Program-made: the position numbers and the translations under genes
Notes under the pieces: generated by a model
The model's database searches: none
Told to the model about the DNA's origin: nothing
The model's input: only the letters and a program-made list of their open reading frames with translations
NCBI RefSeq assembly: GCF_036321535.1
Contig: NC_087436.1
Location: 121,706,001 to 121,770,000, forward strand
Source of the DNA: Camelus dromedarius
Lineage: Eukaryota
Direction: 5' to 3'
Length of the DNA: 64,000 nucleotides
In this document: positions 1 through 11,986 of the stretch, piece after piece
Numbering within the stretch: the stretch's first letter is position 1
Layout of the letters: each line of letters begins with the position of its first letter

Positions 1-400
1 GCTCGCGGGCTGCGTGCCTGCGTCAGGTTCCGAGGGGTGTGTGCGCCTGCGGTGGGCCTGAGCGGGGTGCGACCGCGGAGCGTTCTTGGCGGGGTGTGCG
101 TCTGTGTGCGCGCGTCGGCCCTGAGGGGTGTGTCTGTGCGCTGGGCCCTGAGGGCTGCGTGTGCCCGTGCGGGGGTGGGGCTTGTTTGCCGCCGCTGCTC
201 CCGAGGCTGCACCTGCCCGTCCGGGCTCCGAAGGCCGCGTGTGTCCGTGCTGCCCCCAGGGGGTGCGCCCCGGCGCGCGGCTCGGGAAGGGGCGTGTGCC
301 CGTCCCGGTTCTTGGGGTTGGTGGGCCTCTGCTGAGGCTAAGGGTCTTACCAGGTCGCGTGTGGGTCGCCGTGGGTGCGTCACTCAGGTTTCTGAGGGAG
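1..400. promoter_or_regulatory. 3' flank of the TNIP2 promoter/exon-1 CpG island (start of intron 1)
   Basis: Very high CpG density in bases 1-400 that falls off by ~600. TNIP2 exon 2 at 11699 needs an upstream exon 1, which is not in the window. Confidence 0.65.
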
Positions 401-990
401 CTGCTCGTGTGTGGGATCTGAGGGCTGTGTCTGTCTGCGTTCAGTTGTGAGGGAGGCGCGTGGGTCTGAGTGTGGGTTCTGAAAGGTGCGTGTCTGTGCT
501 GACTCTGGGTGTGTTTACCCCTGTTGGGTCTGCGGGGTGTGCGTGTCCCTGTAGAGCCCGGGGATGCAGAGTCTGGCGGGTTCTGAAGGGTGCGTTTCCC
601 CAGGTGCATGTGTTGGTTCCGAGGGTTCCGTGCTCACTTCAGTTCTGAGCGCTGTGTGCCCGAGGGTTGTGTGTGCCATGTTGGTTCACAGGGGCATGTG
701 TTCCTGCGGGTTGTGGGGTGTCTGTGTGTGCGTATTGGTGTCTGAGGGGTGTGTGTGTTTTGACTAGGGTCTGTAGGTTGTGGGTCTGTGTTGGTTCTGA
801 AGGTGTGTCCATGTTGGTTCTGATAGGTGTGTGTTTGTTCACAGTGGGTCTGAGGGATGTGTGTCTCTGGGTTGGGTTGATGAGCGTGTGCCTGTGTTGA
901 GTCTGAGGGTACTTCGCACATACTGAATCTGAGGTTTATGTGTCTGTGTTGGGTTGAGGAAAGTGTGCCCGTGTTGGCTCTGAGGAGTGG
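24..990 (+). repeat. Degenerate GT-rich minisatellite-like array, recurring motif ~GG(T/C)(T/C)C(C/T)GAGGG-(TG)n
   Basis: About 20 imperfect copies, e.g. ggttccgaggggtgtgtg, ggccctgaggggtgtgtctgtg, ggatctgagggctgtgtctg, ggtgtctgaggggtgtgtgtg, gggtctgagggatgtgtg. Confidence 0.7.
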
Positions 991-1312
991 AGTCCTTGTG
1001 GGTTCATGCTGTCTCTGCAGTTTTGCTTAATATCATGTCAGTGTGTTCTTACCCGCATCATTTTAAATGCCTTCAGAAGCCAGATGGCTCCCTCACTCCA
1101 GCTCTTTCCCTCTTCCTGGGAAAGGTGATTATAACTCATCAGGGCAGAAGGAAGTCACCTGGTCTACACCACTGCTCTTAGTGCAGAGTGGCGATCAGAG
1201 CACATCGTACCCAGAGCAGCACTCTACTTGCAGTCTGGTAGCAGCTGGTTCTCAGCTGACATGTGTCCCCAGTATCCCTTGGCCCCACAGCCTCTAACCA
1301 GAACCCAGAGAG

Positions 1313-1550
1313 AATTCTGACACATGCTACAACACGGATGAACCTTAAGGACATTATGTTAAGTCACAAAAAGACAAATGCTGTATTATTCCATTTATAG
1401 GAATAATCTAGAATAGTCCAAATCACAGAGACAGAAGGTAAAATGGTGGTTGCTAGAGAAGGGGCAGGGCAGAGTGGGGAGATGGGGAGTAGTTGTTTAA
1501 TGGGTATAGTTTCAGTCATACAAGATCAAGAGAGGTACAGAGATAGATGG
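1313..1550 (+). mobile_element. Old L1 3'-UTR fragment (L1MB-like)
   Basis: gacacatgctacaacacggatgaaccttaaggacattatgttaag...cacagagacagaaggtaaaatggtggttgc matches the typical L1M 3' end as I recall it. Confidence 0.8.
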
Positions 1551-2759
1551 TAAAAACAAACAAAAAAAACAAAAACACAATACACACACACAAGGAGCCT
1601 CATGCAGCCTACTATAAAGGGTGTATACTATTCCACTCATTAGAGAGCATGGCAGAACAAGGAAAGAAAAGCTGCAAGCTGATGTATCAGGGCGAGGCAG
1701 GACCCGTGAAGCTAGTACCCAGGGCAGGGATAAGATGGGGTTGATGTATGTATTACATTGGTCAATTTCCTTTCCTTTCTCCCTTCCTTCCTTCCTTCCT
1801 GTCTTTCATTTTTTTGATGAAATATGTTTGTGGTCTTAACCACAGAATAATGTATTACCTAAATCTATGTGTAACAAATCTGGTGAAAAATTATCTTATT
1901 GGAAAAATTTAATGATATCATTTTGTTCATTTTGAGGGATTAATCCCGAGTCCTAGATAGAAAACAAACATCAAACACATAATTATGCTTCATGTCCCCC
2001 CAAAGACTTCATTCTCATGCCATTACTGTTTACTAAATATTTATCAGGAATTGTCTGATTGTCTTCAGGTATTATAAGTGAGACCCTAACGATAAAGTTA
2101 CCTATGTCAAGACCATGATCAGTTTGCAACATGTAGAAAGTAGAACTAAAGTGCAAATGGAAATAATTCATATATATATATATGGCATAATCTCTTGCAC
2201 ATAGTTGATGCCCAGATGTGAATGTCATCTGTAATTGCCACTTAGGTCTTTATTTACTGAGCTTGCATTTACTGAGCATTTAATATATGGGAGTGGACTA
2301 TGTATAAGCAGGCATCATGGGTTATGTTTTTCTATTTTTCCCAAAACTAAGTATAGTACATTCATTTCACAAAAATGTTTACAGTATCAGAGTTGTGCCA
2401 GTAGTAGTGTTAATCTGTAGCAGTGTTAATTCAGTATAATTATAGTGAAGAGTGTTTAGAGAATAAAATAGGAAGTGGCTGTAAAATTAGATTGGGCCAA
2501 ATTATGATGGCTTTACTACGTTATAAAGTTGTTAATTGCACATTCTGTTAACCACTAGGCTAGATGATCAAAGATGATCAATTGCCAATTCTTGCCCTCA
2601 AATTGTGGAATCAAACATGCATATAAATGCTCACTCCTTTAAGCAAGTTGTAAAAGTGATGGAGGGATGTGTAGTGGGGAAGTACTGAACATAGTTTAAA
2701 TAGGAAACTAAGCTAACCTAAGTTTCCAAACCAGAACACTGGTATTATAGTGTCAATAG

Positions 2760-5700
2760 CTTTTTTTTTTCCTTTGGGTATAATTGACATACTAGTTTTT
2801 CAGGAGTGCAACATAATGATTTAATATTTGTATATATTATGAAATGACTATCACAGTAAGTCTAGTTAACATCCACTAATCAATTTTTGTATGTTTCATC
2901 ATCCTTGCATTCCACAAAAAAAAAAATCCCACTTGGTCATGGTGTATAATCCTTTTAATATGTGCTGAATTTTGTCTACTACTATTTTGTTGAGAATTTT
3001 TGCATCAGTGTACATAAGGGATGTTGGTNNNNNNNNNNNNNNNNNNNNNNNNNNNNNNNNNNNNNNNNNNNNNNNNNNNNNNNNNNNNNNNNNNNNNNNN
3101 NNNNNNNNNNNNNNNNNNNNNNNNNNNNNNNNNNNNNNNNNNNNNNNNNNNNNNNNNNNNNNNNNNNNNNNNNNNNNNNNNNNNNNNNNNNCAGTTCTAG
3201 AGCTTTTTTTTGTTGGGAGATTTTTGATTACTGATTCAATCTCCTTACTAGTTAGAGATCTATTCAGTTTTTCTATTTCTCTGTGATTTGGTCTTGGTAG
3301 GTGTTGTGTTTCTGAGAATTTGTTTCATCTAGATTATCCAATTTGCTGGTGTACAATTGTTCATAGTATTCTTTTTATAACACTTTTTATTTTTGTAGAA
3401 TTGGTAGTAGTGGGTCTATTTGTATTTCTGATTTCAGTAATTTGAGTATTCTGTCTTTCCTTTCATAGTCTACCTAGCTAGAGGTTTATCAATTTTGCTG
3501 ATCTTTTTGAAGAACCAATTTTTGGTTTCATTGATTTCTGTAGTAATTTTTCTGTTCTTTTTCATTTATGTCTGCTCTGATACTTATTTTTCCTTCCTTC
3601 TGCTAGCCTTGGGTTAGGTTGTTCTTGTTTCTCATTCTTTAAGTTGGAAGTTAAGTTGTTGATTGGAGATCTTTCTTATTTTTTAACGTGTTTATAGCTA
3701 TAGATTTTCTCCTTAACATTGCTTTCACTGGATCCTGTAAGTTTTGGTACATTTTTCACTTTTCTCTTAAGTATTTTCTAATTACCTTGTGATTTCATTT
3801 ATCTCTTAAGTATTTTCTAATTACCTTGTGATTTCTTTGATCCTTTGGTTAAAGAGTATGTTTTTAAATTTCCACAATTTTGTGAATTTTCCAGTTTTAC
3901 TTCTGTTGTTGATTTCTGACTTCATCCTGTTATAGTTGGAGGAAATACTTTGTATGATGTTGACCTTTTAAAATCTGTTGAGACTTACTCTGTAACCTAA
4001 CATATGGTCTATCCTGGAAAATGTTCCATGTACACTTGAGAAGAATGTGTATGTTGTTGGATAGAGTATTCTGTACATGTCTGTTAGATCTAGTTGATTA
4101 ATTGTGTTGTTCAGGTCCTCTATTTCCTTACTTATAGTCTGTTTGGTTGTTCTATCTATAATAGTGAGGTTTTGAAGTCTCCAGCTATTATTGTAGGGTT
4201 GTCTCTTTCTCCCTTCAATTCTGTCAGTTTTTGCTTCATATATTTTGCTGGTCTGTTATCAGGTGCATCAGTGTTTATAATTGTTATATTTTCTTGATAT
4301 ATTAAATACATCAATATATAATGTGTAATATATTCTTTGTTTCTTGTAACTTTTTTTGAATTAACCTTTTTTGAATTAAAGTTTATTTTGTCTGATATTA
4401 ATATAGCTCCTCCTGTTCTCTTTTGGTTATTAGTTGCATGGAATATGTCTTTCATCCTTTTACTTTGAATCTATATATGTCTTTGGATCTAAAGTGAGTC
4501 TGTTGTTAGACAGCATATGGTTGAATCATATGCTTTTATCCATTCTGCCAATCTCTGTCTTTTAATTGGAGATTTTAATCTATTGACATTTAAAGTAGTT
4601 ACTGATAAGGATGAAATACTTACGTTATTTTGCTATCTGTTTTCTGTATGCCTTATACCATTTTTTTATTCCTTATTTTCTGCTTTACTGTCTTTTGTGT
4701 TTGGTTTTTTATATGAAATATTTGAATTCTTTTCTCATTTCCTTTTCTGTATATTCTGTACCTGTTTGTGTGTGTGTGTGATTACCGTGGGAATTACATC
4801 TAACATCCTAAAGTTACAGCACTAATTTGAATTTATGCCAGCTTAACTTCAATAACATACAGCCCTGAACCATCCCTACCCCTTTTGGTTGTTGATGTTA
4901 ATTCACAGAATTAAATCTTCATATATTGTGTGCCCTCAAATATAAACTAATCTTTTAAATGTATTAGTCTCCTAAATCATGTGGGAAATAACAGGTGGAA
5001 CTACAAACCAAAATTACAATAATACCAACTTTTAGACTAGTAATTTTTGAAAAGTATTTTAGCCTCATATCATGTAGAAAAGAAAAAAAATTGAGTTATA
5101 AAATGTTGTTGCAGTGATTCCAGCTTTTATCATTGGCCATGCCTTTACCTTTATTGGCATCTTCATTTCCTCATGTAGCTTTGAGGTGTGGTCCTTTGAG
5201 TTAGTGTCATTTCATTTCACCCTACAGGACTCCCCTGAGTGCTTCTTGTACGGCAGGTCCGGTGGTAACAAACTCTCTCAGCTTTTGTTTATCTGGGAAT
5301 GCCTTACTTTCTCCCTCACTTTAAAGGACAGTTCTGTCTTCTTGGTTGACAGTTTTTTTTCTTTAAACACTTTGAATGTATGGGCCCACTGCCTTCTGGC
5401 CTCCAGAGTGTCTGATGAGGCTGCTGATAATCCTGTTAAGGATCCCTTGTCTGTGACCTGTTGCTCCTCTTGCTTTTTTCAAGATTCCTCTTTTCATCTT
5501 TGGCTTTCTGAAGTTTGATTATTATGTGTCTTGGTATTGGTCTTTTGGGATTCCTCTTAGAGTTTATTGAGCTTCTTGGATGTTTATTCTCATGTCTTTC
5601 ATCTAATTTGGAAGTTTTCAGCCATTGTTTCTTCAAATACTCTTTCTGCCCCTTTCTCTCTTCTCCTCAGGCTCCCGCAGCGCGTGTGTCGCTCTTCTTG

Positions 5701-6900
5701 ATGGTGTCCCAAGGGTCCCTTAGGCTCTATTTACTCTTCTTCAATCTTTTTTTTATTCTTTCTCTTTAGCCTTGATAATTTCCATTGTCCTATCTTCATG
5801 TTTGCTGACTCTTCTGCCTGAACAAATCTGCCTTTGAATCTCTTCAGTGAATGTTTCAATTTCAGTTATTGTACTTTTCAGCTCCAGAATTTCTTTTTGT
5901 TTTTTTTCTAGGTTTTCTACCTCTTTATTCATATTTCTATTTTATTCATATATTGCTTTCTGACTTTCTCCACATCTTCTTTTAGTTCTTTGAGTGTCTT
6001 TAAGATGGTTGTTTTAATGTCTTTGTCTAGAAGATCTAGCAGAAGTTCTTTTCAAGGGGCATTGTCTGTTAATTTATTTTTCCCTGTGAATGGGCCATAT
6101 TTTTCTGTGTCTTTGAATGCCCTGTGCTTTTTTTTTAAGATTAAAAACTGGACATTTGTAATAATGTGGTATTTCTGGAAATCAGATTACCCTTCTTCCC
6201 CATGATTTGCTATTTTTTTTATTATTGTTTTTGTTTTTCTTTGGTTCTTGTAGGTTTTCTCTGTACCAGGGATCAGTCTAAGGCATAACTTAAGGTTTCT
6301 CAGGTCTTTTCTGAGCCTGCACCTTTCCCTGGGAATGTGTGATCACTTTTGAATTTTCCCCTTTTGTGTAGTTCTTTGAATGTCCTAGTCTTTAGTGTCT
6401 GGCTCCCAAAAGGGGAAGAAGAAAAATGAAAGGGGGAAGAAAAGGGCACTAGGTTTTTAAATCCCTTGGAAGTCACTTCAGCTGGAGAGGGAGGGTCTTA
6501 CTACAGTAGGAGGAGGTGCCACAAGTCTGTCTGCCTGTTTGCACCTCTGTAATCAGAAGCAGCAAAAAGCAATCAGAGCACAGATACCCAGTATTTGGAG
6601 AACAGGGTCTTTTTTGCCCACCTGGGCTCCTGCAAGCTGTATGCAGGCTGCTCCAGAAACAGGTGCATGGCCTCCAGTGGCACGGCTGTGGGTGGGATGG
6701 GTAGCTGCTACTGTACTAAGAGCTGAAATTGACAGATTTATTGTCCGAGTCCTCCTATGGAGGTAGCAAGTCTTCAGGACTCCAGAGTTCCAAAATAGCT
6801 GCAGTAGACAGATCCTGCCAGTGAACTGTTTTTTAGGTGGGGAGACAGATTCCTGGTGCTGCCTCCTCTGTCCTGTTCTCAGAATCTTCCAGGCCATGTT
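2760..6900 (-). mobile_element. Antisense L1 relic: 3' tail fragment 2760-2880, then ORF2 RT/EN, ORF1 and 5' region
   Basis: Poly-T plus an L1 3' end at 2760. T-rich antisense ORF2 follows; minus-strand ORF 4156..4455 reads as endonuclease-like (HATNNQKRTGGAILISDKINF). ORF1-like KRNPKRPIPRHIIIKL lies at 5436..5636. Confidence 0.85.
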
Positions 6901-7149
6901 TGGATTTGTCCTTACCTATTTGCCTGATCCCCTACTGGACTCTTACAGTGCTTGGTGCTTGTGGTAAAGGCTCAGTGAATTGGCCTTCCGTAAAATCCAC
7001 GTTTGCTCCTGTCCTCTCACGGTCCCATCAGCTGCTGGTTACAGGGATAGCCATGGGTGGGGCTGTAACCTGCGTGTGGGCACCCACTGAGGGCTGCCCA
7101 GGAGAGACAGAGAAATGGGACTGTCCTGGCTTGGACAGTGTCTCCTCCT

Positions 7150-7480
7150 AATTCCTCTCCACCTGGAGACTGTGACTGTGACGTTGTTGGGAAGTAGGGT
7201 CATTGCAGGTGTAATAAGTTAAAATGAGATCATACTGGATTAGGGTGGACCTAACAAGACAGCCAAGTGAAGATGGAGGCAGAGACTGGAGGGACGCATC
7301 CCCAGGCAGAGGAGCAGAGGCCACCACCAGAAGCTGGATAGACAAGGAAGCCCCTGGAATGCACATGGCCCACTAATACCGCATTTTGGACCTCTGGCCT
7401 CCAGAACTATGAGAGGATAAGCTTCTGTTGTTTCAGGTTACCCTGTCTGTGGACTTTGTCATGGCCAAGCAGATTAATAA
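7150..7480 (+). mobile_element. MLT1 (MaLR) solo LTR
   Basis: gtcattgcaggtgtaataagttaaaatgagatcatactggattagggtgg...tggacctctggcctccagaactatgagaggataagcttctgttgtttcag is characteristic MLT1B/C text. Confidence 0.8.
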
Positions 7481-10429
7481 AGGGACGAGGGCCAAGAGGC
7501 TGTGCCTCTTGTTTTAAAGGCCAGTCCACCAGACTACTACAAGAATTCCTGACACTTCTGTGTCTGAGAGTGGAGCCATGGGACTTCTAGGTCCCAGCAA
7601 CGGGCTGTCCCAGGGGACATCAGCCATTTGCTGACTTCGTGCATCACGGCGGTGTGTTTAAGCCAGGATTCTGGGACAGGCCTCGCTGTGTGGCACCAGT
7701 GCCTGTGTTCTGTATCCTCAGAGCTGTTACTGATTGGACAGTGGCACTTAGTCAGACGAGCCATATGCGTCTCTCCCACTTCAGAGCAAGCAGCAAGCGT
7801 CTAGAGCCTGGGGGCCTGAGGGAGCCTGGGGCCTCTCGCACTGTGCGGGGAGGACAGGTCAGGCAGCCCTCTGTGGGGGTCGCCCGTCTGTGCAGCGTGT
7901 GACCTCCCCGTGGTCTTACCTGTTTCTCCAGCTCTGGCAGGTTCCCAGCAGCGAGGGAAAAAGCAGCCCCAAGGAAGGTGTATGTTGTCACCTGGCTAGT
8001 CTCCATGAGAGCCAGGTTATTTCTAAACTGATGTTTCAAAGAGGATTTTGAAGACAAAAAATAAGGCCAGTGAGTCCTTCAGGTTCAACCAAGCTCACCC
8101 CTCAAGTCAGCCTTGTGTTTGGGAGTTTTCCACGTCTGTGTGGTAAACAGTTTGAGCAGAGGGCCCTGCTCATTGTATTACCCGGTCTTATTCCCAGACA
8201 TTGATCGGGCATCCACACGGGGCCCGGGCTAGTGCCCATGGCTGGGGTGTGGGGACGAGAGAGAGCGTGTCCTTGGGGAGCTCCCTGAGCCGGGAGGTGC
8301 TGCTCTGTTGCTTATTTTACTGTCTCCATTTGACCAGCAAGGAAAGATGCTTAGAAATCTGGTGCTGCCTGAAGTCCTCCAGCCTCAGAGAAGATGTGAG
8401 GGAGCTGTGGTAGGTGGGAGCAGTGAGGCTGGAGTGGCCGGTACTGCTGCCTCCTTGCCCGGTCACTCCAGAAGCTCCCTGGGCCCCATGAGCCTCAGTT
8501 TGCCCGCCTGTGGAATGGGAGATGACGGAAGCTGTCTCATAGGAGGCGTGGAGGCTGCACAGCTGGAGCAGAGTAGGGGCCTAGAGAGCACCTGCTGTTG
8601 CTGCTGTCACCGTGGGTGTCACAGGGGCTTAGGAGTTTGTTAACTTTATGGTTCCATGGGAGACTAGCCTTCACTGGTATTGTCTATAGACTTTCTATCT
8701 GTGCTTGTATTATCTGTGTTTGTGTGTATACTGATAGCGGTTTTGTATGAATAGCATGTATTTATGCTGAATGCATTTCAGCGTCAGGTGGGGACAGGAT
8801 AGACATTTCTCTGTTGTGCTGCTGAAATCACGGCTTTTCATTCGAGTAACTTTAGAGTGTAACGAGGTGCCCTCTCATTGCAGAACTCTCGGTGCGCCGT
8901 TGGTGTTTATACCACGCTGTGGAGGATAGCTAGGTCTAGCTTGGGAGAATGTGACAAGAAAGGCCCATGCTCTCGGACACTTCCATCCCACCAGGAGTGA
9001 CAGGGCAGCACTGGAGCTGTGATGCTGGTGGAGAGAAGCAACCCAGGTGCGGGGTGGGCCGTGGCTGGCCTGGCGTCAGGGACACTGTGGAGGGAGGGGC
9101 TCTAGCTGCACTGTCCACAGAGTAAGAATGTGGGACAGGGCCTGAAACAGCTGATCATGCCTTCAAAACTGGTCAGAGTTTAAAGAAAACAAACAAATCC
9201 AAGACCAAGAAACAGGCCTGGGTTTTTTTTTAGGTTCAGAAGTGATCAGCAGTGAGAACCTGAGCTTCTATTGGGATTTAGCATTCTTTTTCCTGTTTAT
9301 AGTGTTTTACATTAAGGCATAGTTGGTTCTCACTTGTGTAAATAAATGCCCCATCGCACTCACCCAGACCAAGTGACTTGGCACCAGCTGGCAGCCCACA
9401 GCTGTGTGGACGGGCTCAGAAGGCCATGGGTAGTGGCCCCCAACGCCCCCTTCCCAGTCCTGCAGGTTCAGCGTGGTGCTGAAGGGCCGTCTGCTGGGAG
9501 GAGGTGCCGACTGGCCGGCTTTCAGAGAAAGGCCTCTATTTCTCTTTCAGTCCAGAAAGGCATGGACTCTACTCAGGGCTGAGGTCGTCAGGGCCATGAG
9601 ATGGAAAACTAAGGTGTTGACTGTACAAGAATGGGTCTCACCAGGCTGAGCGACAGGTACCGCTGAGATTGTGACTCCTGTGAAGTCAGAGGGCAGTGAG
9701 ATGTGAAGGAGTGATGTGGCACCTCTGGGCAAAAATCGCAGTTTCTGGGCTCATTGCCAGTGAGCTGTTCCCTTTTACACTTTGTCACACCCGCCGTCAC
9801 CAGTTCTGCTAATTCTGCACTTGCCAGGGCCTGACCCCTCACCGTCTTCCCAAGCCTCTGCTCTGTCCTCTTTTGAGTCCCTGCTGTGGAATGCAGATCT
9901 AGAACAGCCTCTCCTTCTAAGCCTTCACCAAGAGAGCCAGCCGAGCACCCTAAGTGGAGGTTTTCTTCTTTTCTGTCTTTTTGTTCACTTCTGGAGTGAA
10001 GTCCAAGGAAAACAGGAAGGGGAAGACTCAAAAATTCCCTGTCGGAGAGAGGGCAAGGTTTCCAGCATGTTCCCTGGGTTATCTGGCTGGAGCGGTGTGG
10101 TCACGTGCGCTTCTCCGCGGAGGAGGTTACACAGATGCACCAGCTGTTTGGGTGGAGGAGCTGGGGGCAGCCCTTGCCTTGTGGATGTGGTGTGGGACCC
10201 AGGTCTGGCTGTGTGCCCGAGTTCCACCAGTTATTTCTTAACCCCGGTCTTAAAGCAATCCCAGCCCTGCGACCTCTGGACATTTGTCCCATGGCCCTAT
10301 TTGCATGAGTACGAGGAAGCGGCCGCCTGTCGGAAGCTCCAGGCTGTGGTTAAAGTGTAAGGCAGGTCCTGTGCTGCTGTGGAATAAGGTTTATTACGAA
10401 GGAGGGAAGAAGTAGGTGAAGAACGGTGT

Positions 10430-10630
10430 TGTAGGTCCATTTGTATAAAAATACACGTGTTATAGAAGCTTATAAACGCTCCAGAAAGATGCTTGGCCAA
10501 ATAGTGAATAGTTGCCTCTAGAGGGTGAAGCTGGGGGCCAAGGGGCTGGTGGGAAAAAAGGAATTTAAGTTTCCATTTTATTTCCTTCTGTTTGTTTGAA
10601 TTTTTTGTAACCATGCACACATTTTTGTTT
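10430..10630 (+). mobile_element. Old L1ME-type 3' end fragment
   Basis: atagtgaatagttgcctctagaggg...tttgtttgaattttttgtaaccatgcac resembles L1ME 3' termini. Confidence 0.5.
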
Positions 10631-10977
10631 TTGTTTTAAAGCAGTTAAGAGAATAATGTTCAGGGTTCCATTAGTAATCTGGCCCCGTATTTCGTTCCAC
10701 TGTGGTATGAAGGTTCTGGGTTCCTGGTGTCACCCCTCCTTGCGCGGAGCCCAGACCCTTCTCTTAACCGCCTCCTCCCTGGGGAGCTCAGGCTCGTCCT
10801 GACTTTGCTGAAGCTGTTTCTTCCTTCGTAGGGAGGACTGGCTTATCCTGCTTTACCTCCCTCATGTACTGTTTATGCTGGAAAGTTCTTTGAAAATGGG
10901 AAAGCACAAAGTTAAGGCTGGGTTTAAAGGAAATTGTAATTTCTAGGACTTCTTAAAAAAATTAATTGGGGTCAGGA

Positions 10978-11430
10978 ATACCAGTTTCCTAGAGCCTCTG
11001 TAACAAAGGGCCTTAAGCTGAGTGGCCTAAAACAGCAGGAATTTAATCCTTCAGCATTTTGGAGGCCAGAAACCCGAAATCAAGGTGTTGTCAGCAGAGC
11101 TGCACTCCCTCTGAGGCTCGGGGTGGTGCTGGTGGGCCCCTTCTTTTCCTCTTTCAGCTTCTGGTGGCCGCCGGCATCCTTGGTGTTCTTCGGCTTGTGG
11201 ACACGTCACTCTGGTCCCTGCCTCTGTCATCACGTGGCCTTCTCTGTGCTGTGTCCAAATTTCCTTCTTATAAGGACACTAGTCATTGGATTAGGGTCCA
11301 TTCTAATACAGTTGGACTTCATTTTAACTGATTGTATCTTCAAAGACTGTATTTCTAAATAAAACACATTCCCAGGTACCGGGGGTTAGGACGTGGGCAT
11401 AACATTTGGGGAGTGGAGTTTCTACCCTCC
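10978..11430 (-). mobile_element. MLT1 (MaLR) solo LTR
   Basis: Reverse-strand MLT1: ccagtttcctagagcctctgtaacaaa...ggaggccagaaacccgaaatcaaggtg...cttataaggacactagtcattggattagggtcc. Confidence 0.85.
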
Positions 11431-11698
11431 TATTACGGGGCGTTTGGAATTGCCACACTTAGTAATTTGATGATGTAAAATCTAAAATTACGAATTTGCT
11501 CATGGAAAGAGAATTTTAGACGGTGTTTCAGATAGATTATAGGCTGAAATCCCCGAGGTTAATTATTAGATCAGAAGCCAGCCCCCAGGTGAGCGTGTGT
11601 GTTAGCTGCTGATGGGTGCCTTTCTTTTGCTTTATGAACATTTATTTCTGACATTGCTCTTTTTAATCAAATAAACTCTGCTTTTAAATTCTGCCTAG

Positions 11699-11986
11699 GA
11701 AATCGAGCGACTTTCTGAGCAACTAGAAGAAAAAGAGAGGGAGACACAGCAGCTGATGAACCAGCCAGAGTGTGAGCGAGAGAGGGAAGTGGCCCTGCTG
11801 AGGAGAAGCGTGGAGGAGAAGGAACGGGCCCGGGCCGCCAGCGACATTCTGTGCCGCTCCTTGGCGGATGAGACCCATCAGCTGCGAAGAACTCTGGCTG
11901 CTACTGCCCACATGTGCCAGCATCTGGCCAAGTGTCTGGATGAACGCCAGCGCGCACAGGGGGACGCGGGAGAGAGGAGCCCTGAG
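11699..11986 (+). CDS. TNIP2: TNIP2 (ABIN-2) coding exon 2
   Basis: ctag|GAA ATC GAG...CCT GAG|gtaggc, 288 nt, phase 0/0. Translates [96 protein letters not shown], recognisably human TNIP2. Confidence 0.97.

Noticed and set aside
37-921. Several 60-137 aa ORFs at the window start
   Set aside because: They are translations of the GT-rich repeat (V/C/G or H/T/P bias) with no recognisable domain.
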